Positions 17,570 to 25,566 of a stretch of 64,000 nucleotides of DNA are shown here, piece by piece. Location of the stretch: the IMG/VR virus record IMGVR_UViG_3300045988_179183; one strand, given 5' to 3'. A model generated the notes under the pieces. It searched no databases. It was not told where the DNA came from and was given only the letters and a program-made list of their open reading frames with translations. Position 1 is the first letter of the stretch. Every line of letters starts with the position of its first letter. Made by a program: the position numbers and the translations under genes. Source of the stretch: a virus.

Positions 17570-19292
17570 TGTGTTGATATTTTATGGGATCCGTCATTCC
17601 GTTTAATTCAAACGCTTCGAGCCGCTCGGTACAATTATGCACCAAATATCCCTCACAAATAAATGAACCAGCACTAGTCTTAATATCATATACATGTGCC
17701 TCCTTAACTGGTTCATCTATTTTATTTACCACCACTTGGTCTAAAAGCCTTATTGAATTATATGTGCCTAACTTTTCAAGCATCGACGCACGTTTTCCCG
17801 CACCGTACTTTAATGTAATTATGTACGGTCTTGTTACTCTCCAAGTTTGCATAAGGGTACCGCCCTCTTTAAAACCGGGCGTAACGGATTGCGACCTGTC
17901 ACACTTAATCCCCAACAATGATAATGCTTTATCGATTTGAATACACTTTTCTTTATTCACAATCACTGCTTGGCTTATAGAAAAACCGAATGATCCATTT
18001 GATTTATTATGACAAGCACACCCATCAGCTATCAACATTCCGTTTAAATACCCGCGCAAATACTCAGGGTGTTCATTAAATTTTGTCTTCTCAAGAAACA
18101 CAGGACCATAACCGCCACCAGCACGGTGCATGTTGGTATCCTCCCTGTAAGTGATTTTTACATCACATGGCTTGATATATTTATCATAAAGAGACCAAAA
18201 TTCTTCCAATACATCGAACTCCTTTTGAAATGTATGAACACCCCGTGTGTCAATGGATCCATCACCATCAGCAAATCCACGTAAATAACCCAGGGCGAAT
18301 TTTTCATCATCAACCTCTTTTCTTGTATTTGATACTGGCCAAAATTTCACCATATAAGTAGCATCCTTTCTCTTCATCTCCTCGTACTTTCTATATCTTG
18401 GCCTTAACTTCATATTTGAAGCATACACATAATGATCCTTCGTTAAAAGAAGACCCGCCATATCATATACCGGTTGAATACCATTATCAAACTTATCCAA
18501 TACCTTCGCCACACAAATTTTCTTCGTGTTTTCATCCACGGACCACACTTCGTCTCCAATACAAATATCCTTAATTTGCTTCCATGTATTATCACTCATC
18601 AGTACTTTCTGCGATTCTTCTATACACGACCCACACCTTCCACACGATCTTCCTTCTGGATCGGGATTATAGCACGTGTGAGTGTTACCCAGAACCAAAT
18701 TAATTTCATAATCATTGAACCCGAGGATCGTCATCGCACGTAACCCTTCGGCAAGTACACCGCCCTTATCCATGTGATTGAACGGAGCTTCGTATCCCAC
18801 TCTTTCACTACCCCAATTCGATACTTTAAACGCGTGCTCACAAGCGATTCGAGATTCCTCGGATGTATCAGGATAACAGCAATGATCGCCGCTATGTAGG
18901 CCTAAAAACACATCAACATTACTCTCCGTTTTATTCGCCCATGAAAGTGCCTTCCCATAAATGATAGCGGAAAAGATCACGTTTCTATTTTCAATAACCG
19001 TTGATTTCATATTTTCGGACGCGTAATGACCTTCCGGTATAGGTTCACCACCTACATGAAGGGACGAATTACTGTCACTGAAACAATCCCTCAGATCGAT
19101 AATCTGGTGTGATAACTTAAACCTCTTACCTTGCAAGAACTCAATATTTCTTTTCACCTTCTCCAATTCAACCTGATGCTTCTGACCGTATTGAAAAGAA
19201 TAAGCCTTAACTTCGTAATCATGAGCAAGTAAATACATGAGCAAGCACGTACTATCCAATCCGCCCGATAAACTTAAAATCGCCTTTTTCAT
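17562..19292 (-). CDS. queC: 7-cyano-7-deazaguanine (preQ0) synthase QueC, interrupted by an intein
   Basis: MKKAILSLSGGLDSTCLLMYL (PP-loop SGGxDS), SFQYGQKH. Zinc motif CGRCGS + CTERLEAFELNG is restored after intein removal. The start is more likely ATG at 19292 than the ORF-track start at 19349, being 1 nt after the upstream stop. The exteins sum to ~245 aa. Confidence 0.88.
   Translation of the reverse strand: MKKAILSLSGGLDSTCLLMYLLAHDYEVKAYSFQYGQKHQVELEKVKRNIEFLQGKRFKLSHQIIDLRDCFSDSNSSLHVGGEPIPEGHYASENMKSTVIENRNVIFSAIIYGKALSWANKTESNVDVFLGLHSGDHCCYPDTSEESRIACEHAFKVSNWGSERVGYEAPFNHMDKGGVLAEGLRAMTILGFNDYEINLVLGNTHTCYNPDPEGRSCGRCGSCIEESQKVLMSDNTWKQIKDICIGDEVWSVDENTKKICVAKVLDKFDNGIQPVYDMAGLLLTKDHYVYASNMKLRPRYRKYEEMKRKDATYMVKFWPVSNTRKEVDDEKFALGYLRGFADGDGSIDTRGVHTFQKEFDVLEEFWSLYDKYIKPCDVKITYREDTNMHRAGGGYGPVFLEKTKFNEHPEYLRGYLNGMLIADGCACHNKSNGSFGFSISQAVIVNKEKCIQIDKALSLLGIKCDRSQSVTPGFKEGGTLMQTWRVTRPYIITLKYGAGKRASMLEKLGTYNSIRLLDQVVVNKIDEPVKEAHVYDIKTSAGSFICEGYLVHNCTERLEAFELNGMTDPIKYQHND
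17634..18626 (-). mobile_element. Class-1 intein (331 aa) with LAGLIDADG endonuclease inside the QueC Cys-cluster
   Basis: Starts CIEESQKVLMSDNTWKQIKDICIGDEVWS (Cys1 codon 18626-18624). Block B LLLTKDHYVY. LAGLIDADG blocks LGYLRGFADGDGS and LRGYLNGMLIADGC. Block F HVYDIKTSAGSFI. Ends GYLVHN with +1 Cys (17633-17631). Confidence 0.85.
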
Positions 19293-19293
19293 T

Positions 19294-19878
19294 TTATAAT
19301 CTGTAATTAAATTCCATAATATCCAATACCTGGGAAACTCTTTCGTCAATACTTCCGCTCACATAGTGTATCCCTCGTGGTGCGAAGTCTTGTAACATAC
19401 GCGCGTTTTTCTCAAATAAACGATCGATTTCCTTTTGAAATACTTCATCAGTTGACCGAACTCCGTCGTCCACGATTTTAAACTCCGGCCTCAGTACAAT
19501 GTGATGGCTGTAAAGGGGCTCTATATGAAATAGAAGTTGGGTGACCGTGTCAACCATTTCATCCCAGAGAGGCCTATCCTCGCTCGATGACCTGTCCCGG
19601 TTATACTCCGTGTAGCATAGAACATCTAATAAACATCTATCGGAAATAATATGATCATGCGCTGACATCGCTGACTCGATAATTTCTTTCACATACGAAG
19701 TTGCGATCCAAAGTTGATCATAAATACCCGCTTCCTTATTAATCTTTATGCCGCGATCATTACCTTTCCTTGAAGGAGATCCCATAAAGAGAGATCCCTT
19801 CAAACACTCCTCCTTTTTCAACGCCTCAATTAACGTTGTCTTACCTGTGCATTGAGCACCTGAAATTGATATAATCAT
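19294..19878 (-). CDS. P-loop NTPase / nucleotide-kinase-like protein
   Basis: 194 aa. N-terminal Walker A ISISGAQCTGKTTLIEAL. Its size and layout resemble small (d)NMP kinases or NadR-type kinases. Confidence 0.55.
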   Translation of the reverse strand: MIISISGAQCTGKTTLIEALKKEECLKGSLFMGSPSRKGNDRGIKINKEAGIYDQLWIATSYVKEIIESAMSAHDHIISDRCLLDVLCYTEYNRDRSSSEDRPLWDEMVDTVTQLLFHIEPLYSHHIVLRPEFKIVDDGVRSTDEVFQKEIDRLFEKNARMLQDFAPRGIHYVSGSIDERVSQVLDIMEFNYRL

Positions 19879-19908
19879 TTTTAAACAATTAATTTATTTC
19901 TAACACCA

Positions 19909-19943
19909 TAAAGATACACAAAGTGTATCGAATTATCAACAAA
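19909..19943 (-). promoter_or_regulatory. Bacteroidota-type promoter, conserved-box class (copy 3)
   Basis: Minus strand reads (T)TTG...CACTTTGTGTATCTTTATGGTGTTA. The -7 box TATCTTTA corresponds to plus 19909-19916, 30 nt upstream of the CDS start at 19878. Confidence 0.55.
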
Positions 19944-19966
19944 AACAGAGATTATTTTCTCTGTTT
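19943..19966 (-). terminator. Rho-independent terminator at the end of the dCTP-deaminase-like gene
   Basis: 8-bp stem aaacagag/ctctgttt with an 8-nt loop spanning the stop codon. The minus strand continues TTTTTGTTG. Overlaps the -33 region of the next promoter. Confidence 0.5.
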
Positions 19967-20452
19967 GTCGTTTTGATATTGGCCGTTATATAAATCTTCC
20001 TCGTTTACATCCGTGCAATCATAACAGTAGAACTGGGCCACGCGGGCGTTCTTCTCGATCGTGATTGTGTGAAACACTTCCATGAACGTACCCATCGAAT
20101 CAGTGTGAAAACCCGCGTCGAAAATCGATGAATAAATCCAAGCACCGCACCGGGCAACTGAACTTCGCTGTACTATCCGACCCATTTTGTTTTTGGGTAT
20201 GTTACAACCTTCAATGAAATCAACCATGTAATACCCCGGAGGTAGATGCCAAACTTCGTTTCCATTTATATCAGGAAAACATCGAACTTCTTCGTATGAG
20301 GGTAACATTGTTTTGCCCTCGCGGGGTATGAATCCATGACCTTTCACAACACTTACCTTTCTCAACCGAATATCACATCCGTGCTGGGTTAGATTCTCTT
20401 CTAAATGATTAACGATAACACCTTCTCCGTGTAATTCCTTTCCGTTTAACAT
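19952..20452 (-). CDS. dCTP deaminase/dUTPase-superfamily protein
   Basis: 166 aa. RSSVARCGAWIYSSIFDAGFHTDSMGTFMEVFHT matches the Dcd/dUTPase pattern RSSxaRxG...xDxGfxG... Confidence 0.6.
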   Translation of the reverse strand: MLNGKELHGEGVIVNHLEENLTQHGCDIRLRKVSVVKGHGFIPREGKTMLPSYEEVRCFPDINGNEVWHLPPGYYMVDFIEGCNIPKNKMGRIVQRSSVARCGAWIYSSIFDAGFHTDSMGTFMEVFHTITIEKNARVAQFYCYDCTDVNEEDLYNGQYQNDKQRK

Positions 20453-20476
20453 AATCTCTAATTTATTAAAATTTAA

Positions 20477-21373
20477 CTATTCAATTATTTCATCATTCTG
20501 TTTTTCATACAAGAACTCTCTCGCTCTCGCGTCAGCGAACGCGTACAAAACTATATCTCGACTCAGATAATGATACGGTATCCTGCCAGATAGATCGGGG
20601 CCGGCACTCCCATACGCATCTTGCCCCGGTACGAGGGTTCCCTCTGCCACTTTCTTCAAAAAATTATTACGTGCCTTCTCAATATTGATGGCGTACCTGA
20701 AAATAGAGAAATCGACCGAATCCGGCATGACAAACCGGGTTGTTTCAACGTTTGAACATCCCAGGAGATGAACGTATTTCCCTTTATCGCGAGCGTACTT
20801 CATCATCTTTCCCAGTTCATCCCTGTACACATGCCATTCCCTACCCTGAGCCAGACCTCCTATCGAAAGGATGGGGTAGAGGGGCGAGTCACAGAGATCC
20901 TTCCAGTATTGAAAACCCTGATGCATTTTAAATACCGGTGCGGGATAGTACCCTGTTATTTCCTTGATCTCGTCTCTCAGATAATTTTTAGGTGATAACA
21001 GGTTATCATCTTTTCTAAAATACTCGTTATCAAGTTCAAAACACATTTTAAACGGATACATTTTAAGAAACCGAAGAAACTTTTTCTTCATTTTCTCGCA
21101 TTCATTCCAAAAATCAGGGTTGTTTTCACCCAGTTTCTTCTGTTTTTTGAATAATGTGAAACCACCGGAATCCAACCATATTCGATCGCCTCCAACAACG
21201 GTTTGAATAAATTTAATATACCCGGCGGTCATATCAACGGTTGAAATTAGATAGTCGTTATCATGTGCAAGCAAAAGTTTTTCCAAGACCTTATCGGACC
21301 TACAACTACACACCAGACCACCACCCAATCCCATCACAAGCCTTTTTTTAGGTTTTTCAAACATATCAATCAA
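20477..21373 (-). CDS. dpdA: DpdA-type DNA (7-deazaguanine) transglycosylase, TGT family
   Basis: 298 aa. IWLDSGGFTLF (TGT DSGGFQ motif), ILSIGGLAQGRE, VHLLGCSNVE, DSVDFSIFRY. Embedded in the folE/queD/queE/queC cluster. Confidence 0.75.
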   Translation of the reverse strand: MIDMFEKPKKRLVMGLGGGLVCSCRSDKVLEKLLLAHDNDYLISTVDMTAGYIKFIQTVVGGDRIWLDSGGFTLFKKQKKLGENNPDFWNECEKMKKKFLRFLKMYPFKMCFELDNEYFRKDDNLLSPKNYLRDEIKEITGYYPAPVFKMHQGFQYWKDLCDSPLYPILSIGGLAQGREWHVYRDELGKMMKYARDKGKYVHLLGCSNVETTRFVMPDSVDFSIFRYAINIEKARNNFLKKVAEGTLVPGQDAYGSAGPDLSGRIPYHYLSRDIVLYAFADARAREFLYEKQNDEIIE

Positions 21374-21803
21374 TACCAGCTATTAATTTATCAAGTTCAT
21401 CTTTGTTATCTTGAAGGGTTGTGATACCGATTTCTTTCATCGCATCCTTGTTGCCTGATTTTTCAACAAGACGTTGAAGGCCTGTATAATTCCATGAGGA
21501 ATACTCACCAACTTTATTATCAGCGACCAAAAAACCAACCTTTTCCTCGTCCGTTAAACCACTAACGACTAAAACATCAAACTCTTCAACGCCAAGTAGC
21601 TGTAACGCTTTGAATCTCGTGTTTCCCGCAAGTATCGTTCCTTCTTCATCAACAACAATAGGATTGATATATCCATATTCTTGGATGCTTTTTGCAACAA
21701 TTTTCGCGGATTTCGAATTTTTTCGAGGATTCAATGGGTGGCAGCGTATGTCACCCACGCTCACCCATTTAATTTCCTTCCGTATTTTCTTTATCGCCGA
21801 CAT
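21366..21803 (-). CDS. ParB N-terminal (ParB/Srx) domain protein
   Basis: 145 aa. VSVGDIRCHPLNPRKNS ... VVDEEGTILAGNTRFKAL is the ParB-box pattern (GxxR). Overlaps the DpdA start by 8 nt and begins 3 nt after the FolE stop. Confidence 0.7.
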   Translation of the reverse strand: MSAIKKIRKEIKWVSVGDIRCHPLNPRKNSKSAKIVAKSIQEYGYINPIVVDEEGTILAGNTRFKALQLLGVEEFDVLVVSGLTDEEKVGFLVADNKVGEYSSWNYTGLQRLVEKSGNKDAMKEIGITTLQDNKDELDKLIAGID

Positions 21804-21806
21804 ATT

Positions 21807-22448
21807 TTATTTTCTCCCGAGTTTATAAATCTGTATCGCTCTTAAAAACTCATCTCGGCTATTCATCTCATTTGTTAAAAACGCCCCCGAACAATAGTGG
21901 GTTGTCATCGTACTATTATCTTCCGCGCCCCGCATACTCACGCACATATGTTCCGCCTCAATATAAACTGCGATACCCAGCACTGTGTCGCCGAATATGT
22001 TAACCAAATAATCATGAATCTGACGAGTTAATTGTTCTTGTAATTGAGGCCGTTTGGCGAACCAGTGAACTATTCTGTTTAGTTTCGAAAGACCAATAAC
22101 TTGGCCACTTTCCTTGCTGATATACGCCAAACTACAGAATCCTGTGAACGGAAGTAAATGGTGTGAACACAATGAATTCACCTCGATCCCATGTTCAATT
22201 ACCATACCTGAGTATCCTGAACTTGGGAATACCGCCAATTTCGGAGGTGCAGAATACGCACCTGACGTGATTTCATTGACAAACATTTTCGCAACCCTGT
22301 ACGGTGTTTTTATCATGTTAGGGTCATTCTTCCAATCATACCCCAGGGCCTCCAAGAACTTACCGTACGCCTCGGTGGCCCTTGCCAACATCTCGTTTCT
22401 ATCATCATCGGAAAGAACGACGTTCCCTCCTGCCATTATTTTTTTCAT
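21807..22448 (-). CDS. folE: GTP cyclohydrolase I (FolE)
   Basis: 213 aa. SLCSHHLLPFTG (CxHH zinc site), RPQLQEQLTRQI, EAEHMCVSMRG. All are hallmark GCYH-IA motifs. Confidence 0.9.
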   Translation of the reverse strand: MKKIMAGGNVVLSDDDRNEMLARATEAYGKFLEALGYDWKNDPNMIKTPYRVAKMFVNEITSGAYSAPPKLAVFPSSGYSGMVIEHGIEVNSLCSHHLLPFTGFCSLAYISKESGQVIGLSKLNRIVHWFAKRPQLQEQLTRQIHDYLVNIFGDTVLGIAVYIEAEHMCVSMRGAEDNSTMTTHYCSGAFLTNEMNSRDEFLRAIQIYKLGRK

Positions 22449-22473
22449 ATTTCGTGTTTTATCTCGTTTTTAA

Positions 22474-23238
22474 CTAAGCATCTCTCTTATCTCCGAAGAT
22501 TATTATATGTAAGCGGTCAGAGTAGAAGTAGCCCAAATCTATACATCTCTGTGCCAACCATTTTCTTTTCTCTGCCAGTTTCTCCTCGGTATCCCCCTCC
22601 GGCATCAGATAGACTATTACAGGCCAGAAGGGGTCCAGTTTAGATACCTCCTTCTTAATTTTCCGAACTTGTCTCTCGACTTCCTTTATATCATCCTCCG
22701 AGGACACCACATATTTCAACTGCGAGAATTTCGATTCCATGATCCATGACACTATAGCGGGGATATTCTCCCTCGTTTTCGCGTGTTTCTCCGCGAATTC
22801 GCCCGAACTCGGAATTGAACTCTTCAATTTAGGTGAGATTGATACGACGTCTACGTACGTATCCTCATCCAGTACATCACCTCTCGCGATGGTTCCGTTC
22901 GTTTCCATGCTCACACTCAACTTATGTCTCCGACCTATCTCGATCAACGATCTCAACAATTCGGGATGAAGGGTCGGTTCTCCCCCGGTAATAAGCATGC
23001 ATTTTATCTGAGGGTTCATGATTATGATATCGACGACATCGTTCAATGAATATTTACCCTTTTCCGGGTTCCACGAGCTGTAGGCCGTGTCACATATACT
23101 CCCTTTAAAAGTACATCTCAGGTTACACCCAGATGTTCTTATAAGAATATGGGGGACCCCCACCTTCATACCCTCTCCCTGTATACAGGTGTGCAAATCA
23201 ATAATCGGTTGAATTTCTGAATAATCCATTTTTAACAT
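22474..23238 (-). CDS. queE: 7-carboxy-7-deazaguanine synthase QueE (radical SAM)
   Basis: 254 aa. IQGEGMKVGVPHILIRTSGCNLRCTFKGSICDTAYS, LITGGEPTL. Confidence 0.85.
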   Translation of the reverse strand: MLKMDYSEIQPIIDLHTCIQGEGMKVGVPHILIRTSGCNLRCTFKGSICDTAYSSWNPEKGKYSLNDVVDIIIMNPQIKCMLITGGEPTLHPELLRSLIEIGRRHKLSVSMETNGTIARGDVLDEDTYVDVVSISPKLKSSIPSSGEFAEKHAKTRENIPAIVSWIMESKFSQLKYVVSSEDDIKEVERQVRKIKKEVSKLDPFWPVIVYLMPEGDTEEKLAEKRKWLAQRCIDLGYFYSDRLHIIIFGDKRDA

Positions 23239-23465
23239 AAATAAGCGTTATACAATTCTATAAACTCGGCGAGATCCAGTTCTGAGAATCTCCGTTCTTT
23301 CGCAATCTCTTTAATAAGATCAAGTTGATTTTCATAAAGCTCGTCCGCCATCTCACCATACCCGCTCACCCTTAAATCAATCACAGGCAATGAAAGTTCA
23401 AATGCCAGACTTTCATCAAACCCATAGCGATCAACAAGATCATTTAGTTCCTTTTTCGTTATCAT
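23232..23465 (-). CDS. small acidic hypothetical protein within the deazaguanine operon
   Basis: 77 aa. Overlaps the QueD stop (4 nt) and the QueE start (7 nt), implying co-translation. No motif. Confidence 0.55.
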   Translation of the reverse strand: MITKKELNDLVDRYGFDESLAFELSLPVIDLRVSGYGEMADELYENQLDLIKEIAKERRFSELDLAEFIELYNAYLC

Positions 23466-24037
23466 AACTTCACTTGTAGTTCAACCTTTGGGTTCACGAA
23501 TTTAATCCCTCGAAAAAGTTTATGATAAATCTCAGTTTTTGCCAGTGAAGGGCTAACTTCTATTTCTTCGGGATACATTTCCAAGTATCTATCATAATCA
23601 TTTCGATCCGATTCGGCATAACCAGTATCTGTTTCATGAACTCGCACTGATTGCACAACCACGTTACCCTCACCATTGTTAAATTCTGTTTTTTCCAATA
23701 TCGATTCAAAACAAGCGAAAAACATGGATGAGAGTAATTCAGCGGAGGGATTGCAAGGTAAAATTATCCACCTATCATTCATCGCCTGTATAAAATTTTT
23801 GTAAACCTCGTTATCCTTCGCCCACAATAAATGAGTATGATCGAATAAATCAACGACTTCTTTAAAATTACCAAGAAGACCGAAATCGACGACCATCCCT
23901 GCGTTATCCAAACGATCCGAGGTCAAAAATAACTCAACTTTATAGCTGTGTCCGTGAATTGAATGTGAACATCTGTCCGATGTACAATTTCTCACAATAT
24001 GGCTTCCCTCAAACTTAAACAATTTTCTAATTATCAT
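23462..24037 (-). CDS. queD: 6-carboxy-5,6,7,8-tetrahydropterin synthase QueD (PTPS family)
   Basis: 191 aa. FKFEGSHIV...CSHSIHGHSYKVELFL (PTPS zinc-His motif), VVDFGLL, VRVHETDTGYAE. Confidence 0.85.
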   Translation of the reverse strand: MIIRKLFKFEGSHIVRNCTSDRCSHSIHGHSYKVELFLTSDRLDNAGMVVDFGLLGNFKEVVDLFDHTHLLWAKDNEVYKNFIQAMNDRWIILPCNPSAELLSSMFFACFESILEKTEFNNGEGNVVVQSVRVHETDTGYAESDRNDYDRYLEMYPEEIEVSPSLAKTEIYHKLFRGIKFVNPKVELQVKL

Positions 24038-24064
24038 ACTATCAATATTTTTAAATCAACACCA

Positions 24065-24096
24065 TAAAGATACACAATGTTTATCAGATAAACAAA
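24065..24096 (-). promoter_or_regulatory. Bacteroidota-type promoter, conserved-box class (copy 4), upstream of queD
   Basis: Minus strand reads TTTG-N20-TATCTTTA within GATAAACATTGTGTATCTTTATGGTGTTGA. It lies 28 nt upstream of the queD ATG. Confidence 0.6.
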
Positions 24097-24554
24097 TCTT
24101 CAACCAACAATTCTACGTCTATATAGCGTAATGGTATACTTTCTCCTTTCGGTGTTGTGACGATTATTTTTTCCCAATTAGGATTATTCTCCTTCACAAC
24201 ACACACTTCACCCTGATACCTTACCTTTCTCCCTGATTTAAATGCGTAAAATCTATCATATATCACCGGACTGTTTTTTAAAGGGTCATATTTCAAACTC
24301 GGCATCCCGTACGGTTGAAGGAACACATCCTTCAACATGCGATGGTATTCTTGACTATCCTTGAAAATACTACGCAGTTGGTATTGATGCGAGATTTTCA
24401 TTATCTTAGCCTTTTTCTTCTCGCAAATATCATTACACATTTTAATAAAACAAGGTTCCTCGTACACCAAGGCCCTGAATAAATATGAGAAATATTCCAA
24501 CTCCAATTGTTCAAAATATTCCCTTACCGTTAATTTTCCGTTCTGAGGTATCAT
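24084..24554 (-). CDS. hypothetical protein
   Basis: 156-aa ORF downstream of the primase gene (overlaps it). No motif. Confidence 0.6.
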   Translation of the reverse strand: MIPQNGKLTVREYFEQLELEYFSYLFRALVYEEPCFIKMCNDICEKKKAKIMKISHQYQLRSIFKDSQEYHRMLKDVFLQPYGMPSLKYDPLKNSPVIYDRFYAFKSGRKVRYQGEVCVVKENNPNWEKIIVTTPKGESIPLRYIDVELLVEDLFI

Positions 24555-25566
24555 ATATCGTTTTATCTAGGTTATTTAAATAAAAATTCAAAGGATCCTG
24601 CATATCGATCAGAACTCGTTGTAAATATTGCATCGTCATATTTCCGGGATCAACATCTTTATCCTTTATCCGACAAACTTTCACATTGAAAAATTTACTC
24701 AAATGGAGTGCTGTTTCCTTGCTTTCCCTTAAAGCGTCCTCATCGTACATTAAGATCACCGTTTTGACGTTCGTTTTTCTTAATTGATTCAATTGACCCG
24801 GACTTATCTTCTTGCCAAATGTGAAGCAACATGCGATTTCTTGGTTAAATCCCAGGTTAATCAGATAATCAACGTTCACCTTATCAAACAAACCCTCAAC
24901 CAATATCACCGTTTCTGTTTCCGGCCCGATAAAATTATACCCACCCAGAATATGAGAAAAACCATCCTGACTGTTCATGTATCGTAGAACCATTTTGCCA
25001 ATACCTTCCTTGAATAACGTTCTATTATTATCATGCCACGTTTTATTGTATCGTGACCTTGCCAGCCACGCGACAACCCTATCTCCTTCCTTAATCTTGA
25101 AGATAATGTAATTATGCTTGGCTAACGTCTCCTCCAAAACTGATTTAGTGTATGATGGTTCAAATTCTTCATAGTGTTCCTTTAAAAAATGCCTGCTCTC
25201 CAGATACGGATCGTTGACCAAAGGTTTCAACCCAATGGGGAGTCTTGTGTTTGATTGAACATTCTCTTCAATATCATCCTCTTCTTTGATTAAAGGTGTT
25301 AATTTAGTATTTTTTTTCGACATTTGGTAATCATTTCTTATCAAATCTTTTCGGTCCATTTTGATAAGATAATTACGAATACTTGTTTTCGTTCCGCATT
25401 TAAAACAATGGAATACTGCCGAATGTCCATCGTCCGTGAAAATTAATGCATTCTTCCCATCTTTCCCACAAAACGGGCACGGTTCTTTCGAACTTAACCA
25501 ACCTTTTTGGCCGAAGGGCTTGAGGTTTAATTCGGCGATTATCTCATCCTTATCAATAATCATCAC
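24511..25566 (-). CDS. DNA primase (zinc-finger + TOPRIM)
   Basis: 351 aa. CPFCGKDGK...HCFKCGTK zinc finger. TOPRIM VILVEGLFDKV and VILMYDEDALR (DxD). Confidence 0.75.
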   Translation of the reverse strand: MMIIDKDEIIAELNLKPFGQKGWLSSKEPCPFCGKDGKNALIFTDDGHSAVFHCFKCGTKTSIRNYLIKMDRKDLIRNDYQMSKKNTKLTPLIKEEDDIEENVQSNTRLPIGLKPLVNDPYLESRHFLKEHYEEFEPSYTKSVLEETLAKHNYIIFKIKEGDRVVAWLARSRYNKTWHDNNRTLFKEGIGKMVLRYMNSQDGFSHILGGYNFIGPETETVILVEGLFDKVNVDYLINLGFNQEIACCFTFGKKISPGQLNQLRKTNVKTVILMYDEDALRESKETALHLSKFFNVKVCRIKDKDVDPGNMTMQYLQRVLIDMQDPLNFYLNNLDKTIYDTSERKINGKGIF

